Under the pieces are notes generated by a model, which was given only the letters and a program-made list of their open reading frames with translations, had not been told where the DNA came from and did not search any database. Of a stretch of DNA of 64,000 nt, positions 46,805 through 57,389 are shown one piece after another. The stretch spans positions 32,001-96,000 of IMG/VR virus record IMGVR_UViG_3300046799_000011; one strand, 5' to 3'. Every line of letters starts with the position of its first letter. Positions within the stretch are counted from its first letter, which is position 1. Position numbers and translations under genes: made by a program. This stretch comes from a virus.

Positions 46805-48883
46805 CTAGCCTATAGCTGCCCAATAAGAGAATTGGGCAGATGTATTACTAGCAGGTGTAATACTTCCTGGTAGCGCAATGAGCCCAGTACCGTTGGTACC
46901 ATAACGAGTTGTTGCTGCGGTTGTATTGAAATTAAGCACCGTAGAGTTAAGATCTTGGGCGCGGTATACAGCGGGCATCGTTGTTGCATTAAATAAGAAA
47001 GCTACCCAATACAGTCCAGGAGTTAGCGCGGCGGAAATTGTTTCGGTAAACATACCAGTGGTAGTAACTCTAGCGTCTACACCAACACTTGCCATTTGAG
47101 TTCCTGCTGAATTATACAGACCCACAAAATTCTCTGCGGCAGTGATAGAGGCCCCAGCCGTATTGATACCCCAAAATAATTTAGTTGCGGTAATTACTCT
47201 GGGAACATACACAGCAGCCAGGTAAAGTGTGCCAGCGGTACCGGCTTTACCTGAAGCAATATTACTAGGGTCATAGGTCCAAGCAATAGCGCTGTGTGCC
47301 ACGGTTGAAACTATTCCGTGTGAAGGCCCCACTGAGTAAATACTATTGTCTGTCTGCATATATCCAACGCCACCACGGTACCAATTCGCATCTCTGGTAG
47401 CTGAGCCGCTTCCGTAAGTTGCTTTACCTGTGGCATCCACATTAAACCGAGTAACGGAATCTCCAGTAACCAATGCCTCAAAAGCGGTATTGGCAGTAGC
47501 TCCCCGGCTAGCAATGTAACCTCCCGCAGTGGCAGTTACTGGTCCTGCAAAATTCCAAGTCTCTGTAGTACTTCGTGTGGGTGAAGCTGTTGTACCTGTT
47601 GCCAACCCCACACCGGGACCTTTTTGCAGGAAGGTATTAGTGCCACCATCATTGAAAGCTGTAGTAGCTGCATGTAGATAACCAGAAGAAAGATTAACCC
47701 AAGTAGATCCGGAAGCATTGAATCCTCTCTCAGGGGAATTAACTCCTGAGCCGTTGTCGTCTACTCCCGGATATACAGTAAGACCATCACAGTAAACTGG
47801 CGTAGTGGCGGCACTTACATTAAAACCTGCGTAACTTCCACCTCCGGCATTACCATTACGGCCATCACGACGAAGTACAAGACCGTTAAATACTAGAGTC
47901 GCAGAACCCGTAGCGTCTACCAGGAAGCCGTTATTATTGCTACGGTCAGTTGTACAGCCTGTCCATATAGCGCCACCAGATCCTGTACCCGTGCCCCAGC
48001 TAGAAGTTATATACCAACCGTTCTCCCCAGCGAATTCCGAACGACAAGCGGTAAATGTTGAATTAGCCATACCATCAAGATAATACCCTCGGCGACCACA
48101 ACCAATAGCACGACACCCGATCATTGTAGTATCAGTCATATTTGAGAAACGAAAACCGTCAAGTGTGGCGGTCGATACTTGAACGTTATCAAGGTACCAA
48201 GAATACGGATGCCCAGAACCATTTGATATAGACTGCACCCCACGATCCGTTACTTTATCAATGGACACGTTGTGCATTACCACGCCATGTACAAGTCCTG
48301 TTGCAGCAACTCCAGTAGTAGTCCCGGGTAATACACTTCCATCAATAGTTATATCAACCAGTCTTTGACCCTCACTAGTAGTGCTATAACCCCCAGTGGT
48401 GGCGTCAACCATAGAAATTACTGATGTTCCACTAAAAGAGGAAAGGGGCTTTATGATGGACTGCTGAATATTAGTTCCACGCATAGCGTAACTACCCTTA
48501 AGTGTTACATAGGGTGGGACTATCAAAGGTGCAGAAGTTCTGTAATTACCCGGAGGCAGTAGGACTATCGCTCCTCGGGGAATAGTAGCAGAGTCTGTGT
48601 ACGCGGCATTGAGAGTAGCTTGGATAGCAGCATAATCATCCGCAGCTCCGTTACCTAATGCTCCGTGGTCCTTTACATTAAGTACTTCCCCGTCAACTAC
48701 CGCGCCTAAACTTAAACCTAGATTGGTTCTAGCTTGTGCAATATTCGACAGATCCGAAAGGTTGTCTGCTGCCTGTAGTGAATCCCCTGCGGAGGAAATT
48801 ATATCTGAATCCAATTGTGCAAACGCGGCGTTTACTGGTACATCCCAATTCTGGGTACCTTTAGGGATTGGCGTAAATGTCAT
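46805..48883 (-). CDS. Fibre/spike with pectate-lyase-like right-handed beta-helix
   Basis: NVKDHGA.G.G..DD.AAIQA....LLPPGNY and repeated beta-helix rungs. Confidence 0.85.
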   Translation of the reverse strand: MTFTPIPKGTQNWDVPVNAAFAQLDSDIISSAGDSLQAADNLSDLSNIAQARTNLGLSLGAVVDGEVLNVKDHGALGNGAADDYAAIQATLNAAYTDSATIPRGAIVLLPPGNYRTSAPLIVPPYVTLKGSYAMRGTNIQQSIIKPLSSFSGTSVISMVDATTGGYSTTSEGQRLVDITIDGSVLPGTTTGVAATGLVHGVVMHNVSIDKVTDRGVQSISNGSGHPYSWYLDNVQVSTATLDGFRFSNMTDTTMIGCRAIGCGRRGYYLDGMANSTFTACRSEFAGENGWYITSSWGTGTGSGGAIWTGCTTDRSNNNGFLVDATGSATLVFNGLVLRRDGRNGNAGGGSYAGFNVSAATTPVYCDGLTVYPGVDDNGSGVNSPERGFNASGSTWVNLSSGYLHAATTAFNDGGTNTFLQKGPGVGLATGTTASPTRSTTETWNFAGPVTATAGGYIASRGATANTAFEALVTGDSVTRFNVDATGKATYGSGSATRDANWYRGGVGYMQTDNSIYSVGPSHGIVSTVAHSAIAWTYDPSNIASGKAGTAGTLYLAAVYVPRVITATKLFWGINTAGASITAAENFVGLYNSAGTQMASVGVDARVTTTGMFTETISAALTPGLYWVAFLFNATTMPAVYRAQDLNSTVLNFNTTAATTRYGTNGTGLIALPGSITPASNTSAQFSYWAAIG

Positions 48884-48905
48884 TTATTATCCTTAGTCCT
48901 TTGGC

Positions 48906-51089
48906 TTAGCTCTTAGTGTACCAATTCCACGCGGAAGAAACTCGTGCTGGGTATATTGTTACTGAATTTCCTTGGGCTGCAAGGGTATACGTTGTTGCAG
49001 GTGCGCCAACCCCTTGAATAGTTTCACTATTAACTGTGTGGATAACTACGGGATTAGCACTTGAGTCAGTCTTCTTGAAGGTATATACATTAGGTGTCCA
49101 TGCCGCGCTAATGAGTGTTATATCTTTCTGTGCAGACGTGGCATCTATCAGTACTACTTCATCAAGAACACTTACTGTATAGTTCGCCGATACCGCTGTA
49201 ACTGGGAACGCCTTCTGCCCATCCACAATCTTAAGTCCGGTTGAAGCGCTTACTGTCGTATTGGCTGCTGTGTACAGTCCTGTAAGTCTGATATTTCCCA
49301 AGGCTGCGTTAAGAGCCGCTCCGGAATTTCTATCCGTAAAGGAAGGTGCACCAGTCTCTGTGTCTAGCTGGTCAATATTAAGGAAGGGGCCTATACCTGC
49401 TGATCCGGCACCAACAATATTGATCAGGTGAGTACATGCCTCAACGGAGATTTGATTAATCCAGAAAGCGTGAGTGGCACCAACGCCCCCAAAGTAAACA
49501 CCTACTGGGCAGAAGCCTGACCAGCAATAAAGGATTCTCATATTGTCTACTGTGGTGTGCTCTGTGGCAAAGAATCCAAAAGTGAATCCTCCGTGACAAG
49601 TAACATTACTGATCGCGCAGTTATCGTTATTACCGTTGGCGGGCATAAGCCATCCGATAGACAAACCATTGGCAAAGCTGTTAGGACTTGCAAAGTCGTT
49701 GTGCGGAACGGTACCTGTAGTTCCATAGGCGAAGTCAAATAGATTACAGTTGGAAACTCCTGTCATATCTCCAGCGCTGTAACTCAAGCCGAAGGAACTG
49801 TAGGTAGTAAGGATAGACATGTCTTTGAACGTAACACCCATGTTGCTGAAGATTCCGGGAGCAACACCATAACCACCGGGTTGTGACGGGCCACCAATAA
49901 CACAGGCATTTCCGCCATTGTTAATACTTGTAGTCTGGGCACCAGAGGACGCAAATACTCCAAAGGAAACAAGGGTACTTCCAGAAAACTGAGGAGTAAG
50001 CTGTTCCCAGTGCTGAAGGATGGAACCGTTGCCTACACCAAGGAAAATGAGATTGCTCTTATTTCCTGTAGTAACTAGCGGAGGAAGATATAGCTGGGAA
50101 TTTCCTGCGTGTGCTGTAGTAAGTGCGCCCGCGATTCCGTAGAATAATCCGGAACCTGTTGGGAAGAATATTGTGGCTGCACCATGTAATCCCGCGTAAG
50201 TAACAGCAGCATTGATAGCGCTCTGAACTGCCACAGTATCATCAGTTGCCCATAGAAGCAGGGCACCAGAAACTGTATTAGACGCGGCGACACTGATAGT
50301 TACTTGTCCCGAGTTAACGAAGGCTGTGATCTGCGCGATTAGGGAGGTAACTCCTGCGGCTGCTGCACCCTTGAGCATTACCCATTTACCCACATCGCCT
50401 AGTACAAAGGGATTAGACGGAGAAGTAAGATCTGTCTGCCCCGAAATAATGGCACCATCAAGAACTAGCTTTCCGTCACCCAATGCCCCGTAGGTGGCAA
50501 CATTGAATACGTCTGCTCGCTTAAGTGCATATGCCCCATTAGCACGAGTAACCTCAGAAGCTATCTGTGTGTCCGTGTAAGAGGCCGCATTTGTCTGGGC
50601 GGTAGTTGCTGCCCCAGCCGCGTCAAAGGCGCTAGAAGAGGCCGTAGCGGCTGTTCCTAGGCCAAGATTGTTGCGTGCTGTAGCTGCGTTAGCTAGGTCC
50701 GATAGGTTGTTCGCCTTGAACAACGCATTAGTTGTAGTAAAGGCATTAGCATTTGTCTGTGCTGTAGTAGCTGCGCCCGCAGGATCAAAGGCTGATGTAG
50801 CCGATTGGGCAGCAGAACCCAAGCCTAGATTGGTTCTGGCCGTTGCTACATTCGTAAGATCAGAAAGGTTATTGGCTGCAAGCAAGGAACCCGCGCCTGA
50901 TGGGGCTGTCCAGGTAGCGGTGTTAACGCTAGTTGCGGTAAGGACTAAGCCGTTAGCCGGAGTACCCGATACAGTTACCCCATTTACCTTTGAGGAGTTA
51001 GTAGATATCTCTCCTTCTAGTTCAAGCAGAGCATCATTAAGAATGATGTCCCAGTCGGTTTGTCCCTTAGTGGGAATTACAAGTGCCAT
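48906..51089 (-). CDS. Second fibre/spike with shaft repeats and beta-helix domain
   Basis: NNLSDL...AR.NLGLG repeats; FNV..YGA.GDG...TDDT.A.Q.AINAA. Confidence 0.8.
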   Translation of the reverse strand: MALVIPTKGQTDWDIILNDALLELEGEISTNSSKVNGVTVSGTPANGLVLTATSVNTATWTAPSGAGSLLAANNLSDLTNVATARTNLGLGSAAQSATSAFDPAGAATTAQTNANAFTTTNALFKANNLSDLANAATARNNLGLGTAATASSSAFDAAGAATTAQTNAASYTDTQIASEVTRANGAYALKRADVFNVATYGALGDGKLVLDGAIISGQTDLTSPSNPFVLGDVGKWVMLKGAAAAGVTSLIAQITAFVNSGQVTISVAASNTVSGALLLWATDDTVAVQSAINAAVTYAGLHGAATIFFPTGSGLFYGIAGALTTAHAGNSQLYLPPLVTTGNKSNLIFLGVGNGSILQHWEQLTPQFSGSTLVSFGVFASSGAQTTSINNGGNACVIGGPSQPGGYGVAPGIFSNMGVTFKDMSILTTYSSFGLSYSAGDMTGVSNCNLFDFAYGTTGTVPHNDFASPNSFANGLSIGWLMPANGNNDNCAISNVTCHGGFTFGFFATEHTTVDNMRILYCWSGFCPVGVYFGGVGATHAFWINQISVEACTHLINIVGAGSAGIGPFLNIDQLDTETGAPSFTDRNSGAALNAALGNIRLTGLYTAANTTVSASTGLKIVDGQKAFPVTAVSANYTVSVLDEVVLIDATSAQKDITLISAAWTPNVYTFKKTDSSANPVVIHTVNSETIQGVGAPATTYTLAAQGNSVTIYPARVSSAWNWYTKS
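50574..50885 (-). repeat. Two tandem 54-aa fibre shaft repeats
   Basis: L.ANNLSDL.N.ATAR.NLGLG.AA....SAFD.AGAATTAQTNA twice. Confidence 0.85.
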
Positions 51090-51092
51090 CTT

Positions 51093-51839
51093 TTATCCTC
51101 CATAAGGACCTGAACCGTATTGACCTTCACCATAACCGGTATGTGTTGGCACCACATAAGCAGGGGAGCGCAGGGAAGGAGTTACCTGATTTATTATCTT
51201 GGTAAGAGGGCTTGTACCACTAGGGGCATAACTGAGTGGGAATATACCTCTACCACTATTGTACGGATCATAGACCGTATCGTTTAAGCTGAGTCTCTGA
51301 GAGAACTGCTTGTCATTAGGTGTTACGTACTGAGCAAATTGAATATCATTTACCATCTCATCAGGCTTAACCTGAGTAGCATCAATAGATACAATAATAT
51401 CTTTCTGCTGAATCTGTCCCATAACCTGAACACTGGTTACCCGGAATACCTTAGTATCATATACGAATCTATCTTTTAGATAATTCTGATTGTTAAGGTC
51501 CATACGATCCAAGCCCATACGTTTTATCTGGTCAAAAGATAAAGTTACGTGGGCTCTGTCATTGGAGTAGAAACCATATTCTGTATTATCGTTATCCCCT
51601 TCTATGTGGATAACATGTAATGCTGGAATTGTATTGGGTCCGAAATAAACTCTCCCCAATGTTCCTGCGGCTTCTCCGTATACAGGATCTATAGTTGACT
51701 GGTCATAGGCGAATCTGAAGTAATAGATCTCATCGCCAGTCCATCTCTGCCAATCACGAAGACCCTTATAGATTTCAGATGTCTCGAAATCGACGGAGAA
51801 TCTTCCGCCCTTCCACCCGATACGTCCGATCGGAATCAC
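51093..51839 (-). CDS. Head closure / neck protein
   Basis: DPVYGE...GFY..D.....S...KDR.VYD..VFRV; follows adaptor. Confidence 0.65.
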   Translation of the reverse strand: MIPIGRIGWKGGRFSVDFETSEIYKGLRDWQRWTGDEIYYFRFAYDQSTIDPVYGEAAGTLGRVYFGPNTIPALHVIHIEGDNDNTEYGFYSNDRAHVTLSFDQIKRMGLDRMDLNNQNYLKDRFVYDTKVFRVTSVQVMGQIQQKDIIVSIDATQVKPDEMVNDIQFAQYVTPNDKQFSQRLSLNDTVYDPYNSGRGIFPLSYAPSGTSPLTKIINQVTPSLRSPAYVVPTHTGYGEGQYGSGPYGG

Positions 51840-51867
51840 ATCCTTTTTCTATAAGGGTCTTCACTGT

Positions 51868-52692
51868 TTATAATCCCCACATCCCACCAAAGATCGGACT
51901 CTGAAGATTACTCTCATCTTCGTCTCTAGCATCAATTGGTGGAAGCTGACGACGCGGCAGATCGTAGTCATCGTATTCTCTGTCTTCAAAGATCGGTACC
52001 AGACGGTTGGTAGTCTTGGATACTCTTCTGATCTTGGACATTTCAATTCGATTAAGACCGATATTGAGCATGGCACAAAGCTGATTGTACCTAGCTGTCA
52101 TAGCGTCTATCTGGTCTCTGATCTGGCGGTATCTCTGGCTGCGGGGAACTGTAGTTCCATCAGCGGATGAGATATCGATATCAGTACTCGCGTCTGTAGC
52201 CAAAGCCCACAGGGCATCTATTGTTGCGCGGAGTGCTACTAACGTACCTTCTATCTCAGGGAGATTAGAAAGATCGATTGGTACCGTTACATACTTGACA
52301 AAGCCGTTTGAATCTTTGAATCGGGTCTTTACTGTTCTGCCATTCGCATGTTGAATAACAGCGTCATTGATAAAGGCACCCAATTCTTCATCGGAGAACA
52401 TACCACTAGCCTGCCCCGAAACTACTAAGGTGTCTCCTTGAGGTAATGGGGAAGGCGTACCAGTAAGGAAGATTCTTCCCTCTTGGTAGTTCATCGCATA
52501 GTCTGTTCCCTTTACCAGAAGAACAGGTACTTGATTGCGTATCCACGTTACTGTCTCATTCCAGATATTGAAATCTGTTAGATCATAAGTGGAAACCATT
52601 CCAGTACCCAGGAAGGTATCCGAAAAGGGGGCGCCCGTATCTCCTAACTCAATGCGGACTCGATTAATGATGTCCTGTGTAGTGAAAGCCAT
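51868..52692 (-). CDS. Head-to-tail adaptor
   Basis: RVR.ELGD...FSDEEL..FI..A...DIDI...DG. Confidence 0.72.
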   Translation of the reverse strand: MAFTTQDIINRVRIELGDTGAPFSDTFLGTGMVSTYDLTDFNIWNETVTWIRNQVPVLLVKGTDYAMNYQEGRIFLTGTPSPLPQGDTLVVSGQASGMFSDEELGAFINDAVIQHANGRTVKTRFKDSNGFVKYVTVPIDLSNLPEIEGTLVALRATIDALWALATDASTDIDISSADGTTVPRSQRYRQIRDQIDAMTARYNQLCAMLNIGLNRIEMSKIRRVSKTTNRLVPIFEDREYDDYDLPRRQLPPIDARDEDESNLQSPIFGGMWGL

Positions 52693-52698
52693 AGAGAC

Positions 52699-53151
52699 CT
52701 ACTGTTGTGTGAGAGTTAGATTAGCGATTGGAATAGTAATGGATTGGTTCTGAGGTGCAGTAACCGGAACATCCCATTGCCATACGCAGATTACTTCACC
52801 GGTTGTTCCTGACGCTGCGTTTACCAAAGCCCCATAGGTTGTTGGTGTTCCGGATCCGGAGGCAGCAGTAAAGGGGCCAAAGGTAAGAAGGTTACTGTTC
52901 TGAATTTGGCTGGTACCTTCTGAGGGAGACGTAGCCGCTGAGAATGTAGCTATCTCTCTTGTGTATCCCGTAGCAGCTAATTCAGTTAACTCGGAAAGCT
53001 GCGGATCGGTAGGGGTAGCTGCCGTTGTACTCGGGTCTGCTGTAAGCAAAGCCACATAGGCTGTTGTTGGAGGAGTCCAGCCACCTAGCGATGTACCTGT
53101 TATCCAATTGAGGATTGCACGGTCTGTCGTATCAGTTAGATTACCTGACAT
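52699..53151 (-). CDS. Conserved virion structural protein
   Basis: AYVALLTADP...EL...GY.R...TFSAA pattern common in phage head-tail regions. Confidence 0.7.
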   Translation of the reverse strand: MSGNLTDTTDRAILNWITGTSLGGWTPPTTAYVALLTADPSTTAATPTDPQLSELTELAATGYTREIATFSAATSPSEGTSQIQNSNLLTFGPFTAASGSGTPTTYGALVNAASGTTGEVICVWQWDVPVTAPQNQSITIPIANLTLTQQ

Positions 53152-53165
53152 AGTTTATTTCTCCC

Positions 53166-53543
53166 TTAGCGGTATCCGCCCTCCCAAAGGAGGCCCTTAC
53201 TTGATAGGTGTCGTGCCAGTTCTACAGGAACAACATACTTGCGTCCCTCTTCAAAGTTATAGTGATTTCCGGCACCAAAAGTTACCTGGTCAAGAGTAAT
53301 AAGAGGGATGATGGTACGTGTAGGAGATTCTAATTCAATTTCCTTGTCTACGTCCAACTCATCCTTCACTACAGAAGTGATAGGTCCGTTGGAGTAATCA
53401 ACAGGAACATCATTGATTTCATTCTCTACTTCGGCCATCATAGAAATTTCTTGAGCACGTCTCTTAAGCTCAGCCTGATTTTCCTTCTGAAGACGCTCAG
53501 TTTCAATACCGGTAAGATCTCCGGCGCGCTTGCGTGGTGGCAT
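53166..53543 (-). CDS. Conserved hypothetical protein after capsid gene
   Basis: GGAGA RBS; TFGAG..Y.F.EG.KY.VP..LA.HL..KG. Confidence 0.75.
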   Translation of the reverse strand: MPPRKRAGDLTGIETERLQKENQAELKRRAQEISMMAEVENEINDVPVDYSNGPITSVVKDELDVDKEIELESPTRTIIPLITLDQVTFGAGNHYNFEEGRKYVVPVELARHLSSKGLLWEGGYR

Positions 53544-53584
53544 TCTATTCTCCAAATTTATAGCTCGTGTGTTAGTTAAATTAT

Positions 53585-53622
53585 ATAAGAAAACCCTGCC
53601 CATAACAGGCAGGGCTTCTTAT
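53585..53622 (-). terminator. Intrinsic terminator after major capsid gene
   Basis: AAGAAGCCCTGCC-TGTTAT-GGGCAGGGTTTTCTT. Confidence 0.85.
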
Positions 53623-53642
53623 AGTTTCACTCTAGATAAAGA

Positions 53643-54680
53643 TTAGTTTGTAGATGCAACTACAACAGAAATGTCAGTGATAAGACCAAGACCCCAAATT
53701 GCATACCATGCCAAGGCGTGCTCTCTTCCGAAGTCTAGAATACCACCATCGCGCAATTCAACAGGAAGTGAAATAGCGTGACCGAAGGCGTTGTCTCCAA
53801 TGAAGATGGAATCATAACGGTTAGCTGCACCGTTACCAGTTGTTACACCACCAGTTGTTGTGTCAGTTGTCCAACCGGCTCCGGCCCCACCTACGACGTT
53901 ACGTACCTGAGTTGTCTCGATAAATACGACATCGTTCAAACGTCCGATTTCTCCCAGCATAAAGTTACCTGGGGCTGCATACTTAGTCATCTCGATAAAC
54001 TGAGGATCGTTACGTAGCCAACGGCTCTGGTGAGGGTGGACAAAGCAGACATAAGTCTCGCCTAAGCGGGGGACATTCTTGGTTGCCAGTGTCTCGACTG
54101 CGTCGTATACAGTCTGAGAGCTGAGGTTGAAGTCACCAGTCATGGATGCGTTAGATGTACCCGCAGTACCAATGTTGTAGAAGACCTGGTTATTGATTGC
54201 GCCGGAATCCTTCTGGTATCCGAAGATCTGTGAGGAAGCCTGAAGCAATGTGTTTCTGGCACTTACGTCAAGGTAAGTAGCCATGTTACGACCTAGAAGA
54301 CGGGAAGCAGAAGCCATAACATCATCGAAGGAAGCGTTAAGTAGAAGCTCAGATACAGCAACAGCAAATCCCTGCTCAGCAACTGTAATGCTGAACTGGC
54401 TGGCTGTTAGTGGAGCTGTCTGCATACGGATACCTTCAACAAGCTGAGAAGCATTGCCTAGGTTGTTGTAACGCATAAAGTTAATAGTAAGACCCGGAGT
54501 TACTCCAAGCTCTGTCTTCTTTACAGCGAATTGCTCGAAACGGAGTATCGGCATTGCCTGGAATAGGATTTCCTTACTCCAGATTGTTTGGATTGCTGGA
54601 GAAAGTGCTGAACTTCCACCCGGGTAAGCTGTTGGAGCACCGGAGATATTCGGTGTGCCCGTAATTGCTGAACCAGCCAT
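53643..54680 (-). CDS. Major capsid protein (N4-gp56-like family)
   Basis: PILRFEQFA.KKTEL...G..I.F.RY..L, HPHQ..LR, GEIG....V.F.ET, DFGR....AWY. Confidence 0.93.
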   Translation of the reverse strand: MAGSAITGTPNISGAPTAYPGGSSALSPAIQTIWSKEILFQAMPILRFEQFAVKKTELGVTPGLTINFMRYNNLGNASQLVEGIRMQTAPLTASQFSITVAEQGFAVAVSELLLNASFDDVMASASRLLGRNMATYLDVSARNTLLQASSQIFGYQKDSGAINNQVFYNIGTAGTSNASMTGDFNLSSQTVYDAVETLATKNVPRLGETYVCFVHPHQSRWLRNDPQFIEMTKYAAPGNFMLGEIGRLNDVVFIETTQVRNVVGGAGAGWTTDTTTGGVTTGNGAANRYDSIFIGDNAFGHAISLPVELRDGGILDFGREHALAWYAIWGLGLITDISVVVASTN

Positions 54681-54737
54681 ATTTAGTCCTTATCGCTTAT
54701 ATGGGTTCGGGCACTAGCCGTACCCAGTGTGTTTAAA

Positions 54738-55556
54738 TTATCCGAAAAGGCCACGAGATCTCGCAGCATCGTTTCCGGCTAGTCCCGACTCTTGACGGAA
54801 CTTCGTGTACTCAGCCATGGTCATGTTGTTAATGTCCTCTGGCGTATATGTCTTCTGACCCACAGCACCATCTAAGGGGCCTAGAGCTGTGTATCCTGTA
54901 GGTGCTACTCCACGTACTTGCGCTGCCTGCTGTTGTCTTGCCTGAGCCACTTCATCCGCAATGGACTGAGTAGCAACCTTTGCTTGTGCTATAGCGTTAT
55001 CGATTTGTTCCTTGTTATCACCTGTGATGAAGTTATGGAACTGTGGGGCAATGTCATTAGCATTGGCTTGCAGTTGTGCAGTTCTATAGTCTACAAGATC
55101 ATTATATTCTCTTTCCTTGGTACGTAGCGCAGCTTCGGCATCACGTTCTGTCTGGAGCTGCTTGAAACGCTCTTCCCAAGTATTTGTTGTTTCTTGTAAC
55201 TTCTTCTCAAGGAGTGCCTTTGCAGACATCTCCTCTTCTTTTCTAGCTGTTTCTGCTGCTAGCTTCTCGGCTTGCTTACGCTCGACTTCAGCAAGTTCCT
55301 GTGCCTTCTGGTCTTGAATATCTTGAAGTGTCTTCTGCGCAGAAGACCATTGATTCTTTAGTGATTCAATTTCAGTATAGAGCTTATCCTTCTCTTCCTT
55401 ACGCGCTCTAGCAATGTCAGCCTCAGAGAATATTCTCTCTCCAGAAGCGCCATGCTGAAAAGCTGATGGGGAAGGTGCAGGACTCTGAGCACCGTTATCA
55501 GTATTTGGAGTCCCAATTGGTGAGTCCAAAGGCTGTGTTGGAGTTGCCATTTTCAT
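54738..55556 (-). CDS. Capsid scaffolding protein
   Basis: Charged coiled coil, R.EEKDKLY, C-terminal I..M.M.EY.K.R; between portal and capsid. Confidence 0.85.
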   Translation of the reverse strand: MKMATPTQPLDSPIGTPNTDNGAQSPAPSPSAFQHGASGERIFSEADIARARKEEKDKLYTEIESLKNQWSSAQKTLQDIQDQKAQELAEVERKQAEKLAAETARKEEEMSAKALLEKKLQETTNTWEERFKQLQTERDAEAALRTKEREYNDLVDYRTAQLQANANDIAPQFHNFITGDNKEQIDNAIAQAKVATQSIADEVAQARQQQAAQVRGVAPTGYTALGPLDGAVGQKTYTPEDINNMTMAEYTKFRQESGLAGNDAARSRGLFG

Positions 55557-55621
55557 ATCTCCTAGAATTTAACTTGATGTTTTCCGAATATATCCCAAAT
55601 GAATTTACTTAAATGTGTACG

Positions 55622-57328
55622 TTAATCGTCGGTTGGAAGCTGTCGAGTACCTAGCTTAGTTCCGTATGCATTGACGACTGCCTCGCGTAGAGCGTCCATA
55701 GAGCCCACGCCATCCAGTTCTTGCAGATCTATCTTATTGATAGTCCCTGGTCCACCAGAAGGCGGTACAGGATTCCCTAGAGCATCTTCACCCGTTTCAG
55801 CAGGCTCAGAAGTTCCATCCGGTTGAGGTGTCATTCCAGTCAATTCTAGAATTACTGAATCGATCTGAGTTCTTAGCATACGTAGGGCACCATCACGGAT
55901 GGCATCCTGGTGCAGCTCATCAAAGATCTCTTGAAGCTTCTCGTCTGGGAATTGTTCGCCCAGATCCTTCAAAGCTCCTCTACGAGATTCGAGATCCATA
56001 TTCATCATTGCGCCGATTTCATTCAGCTTAACCAACTTATCCACAGGTAGTGGAGAAGGCCAGTCAATATCACTGAAATAAACTAATGGGTCTCTTGGGT
56101 CAATAGCTAGAGGTTGACCCTCTTGGATGATTCCCTCTGTATTTGGATCGTACAGAGTAGCTTCAGGTTCAAAAATAAAGAGAGTCTTTAATGCTAACTC
56201 ATTTATTTTTTGTAGTCCCTTACCATATTGTATCTTCTTTAGTTCAAACTTTTGCATTAGTGGTAAGAATTGCATAGCAAGAGCTACACCTGAAGTATTT
56301 GAAATGGCTTGACTCTGTCCTAGAGCTGTCTCAGGAACACCAGTCATCTCGTGCATGGCTACCTTGAGCATATTCAGAGCGTCCAGTGGACCTTCTAGTT
56401 CCACACCATTTTCAAGGTTGTTAACTGTAACGTCCTTGTTTCCAATGGACCATACACGATTAGTTCCCTTCTCAAGCTGAGAGGGCTTCGCACCGATAAC
56501 AACAGTAATAGGTGCGGCATGGTAATTAACGATGTCAGCAATATCAGTTGCTGTTTCGTTGTACTGACGATTCAGGGTAATAAGATCCTGCACATCAGAC
56601 ATTCCCCAAGGGGATCCGGAAGCAGGGTGATTAGCAATATGCACAATAGGAATAACACCTAAGGCATTGGGACGCTCATCAATTAGTTCATCGTTAACAT
56701 ACTCACGAATTATGTCAGAGCGAATTAATTCTGTGTATGTATAAACGGAACGAGTTCCCTCAGTGTTGGTTCCCCAGAAACGATACTTGAGCTTGAACTC
56801 CAGGAGTCTGTCTCTATCGTGTGGATGCCAAGTAGGGAAGCAGTAAGCGGAGTTAAGGGGAAGGATACGTACTCGACCTGCATGGTTATTCCCAGCGTCA
56901 TCTACCCAAGCAGATTCATACGCCACCTTAACGAATGAATCTCCAGAGACACCACCTTGCTGTCCCATCTCCCAAGTAACGGCCTTCATATTGTTATCTA
57001 ACTGCCAAACTCTTTTCAGCAAGGCAGGAACAATGTGGTCGTACTCTTTGACAGTATCGAAGGAAATGCCTCTGGAGAAACAGAAGCTATTAATATAATC
57101 GGCGAAAGCCTTTACGTAATTGAAGGTTAATTGTGGATCACCAAACTCTCTACGAGTTCCCCAGTGATGTCCTAGGTACCAAGCCCAGTATTCGGCGTAT
57201 CTATTAAGGCGAGGTCCATGCATTTCAAATTCTTCATCAGACAGCTCAACCAAGCCTAGCGGGCTAATAGCAATAGCTAGGTCTGATGCAGAAGCTCTCA
57301 TTGATGGAGAGTAGAAAGACATTGACAT
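55622..57328 (-). CDS. Portal protein (SPP1-like)
   Basis: RY...W.WY.GHHW, N.LG.IP.VH..N, SNTSGVAL. Confidence 0.92.
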   Translation of the reverse strand: MSMSFYSPSMRASASDLAIAISPLGLVELSDEEFEMHGPRLNRYAEYWAWYLGHHWGTRREFGDPQLTFNYVKAFADYINSFCFSRGISFDTVKEYDHIVPALLKRVWQLDNNMKAVTWEMGQQGGVSGDSFVKVAYESAWVDDAGNNHAGRVRILPLNSAYCFPTWHPHDRDRLLEFKLKYRFWGTNTEGTRSVYTYTELIRSDIIREYVNDELIDERPNALGVIPIVHIANHPASGSPWGMSDVQDLITLNRQYNETATDIADIVNYHAAPITVVIGAKPSQLEKGTNRVWSIGNKDVTVNNLENGVELEGPLDALNMLKVAMHEMTGVPETALGQSQAISNTSGVALAMQFLPLMQKFELKKIQYGKGLQKINELALKTLFIFEPEATLYDPNTEGIIQEGQPLAIDPRDPLVYFSDIDWPSPLPVDKLVKLNEIGAMMNMDLESRRGALKDLGEQFPDEKLQEIFDELHQDAIRDGALRMLRTQIDSVILELTGMTPQPDGTSEPAETGEDALGNPVPPSGGPGTINKIDLQELDGVGSMDALREAVVNAYGTKLGTRQLPTDD

Positions 57329-57389
57329 GTATACATCCTATAGTTTATCCGAATTAGTATCTCTAGGGTACAGGTTACCACAAATTTAA

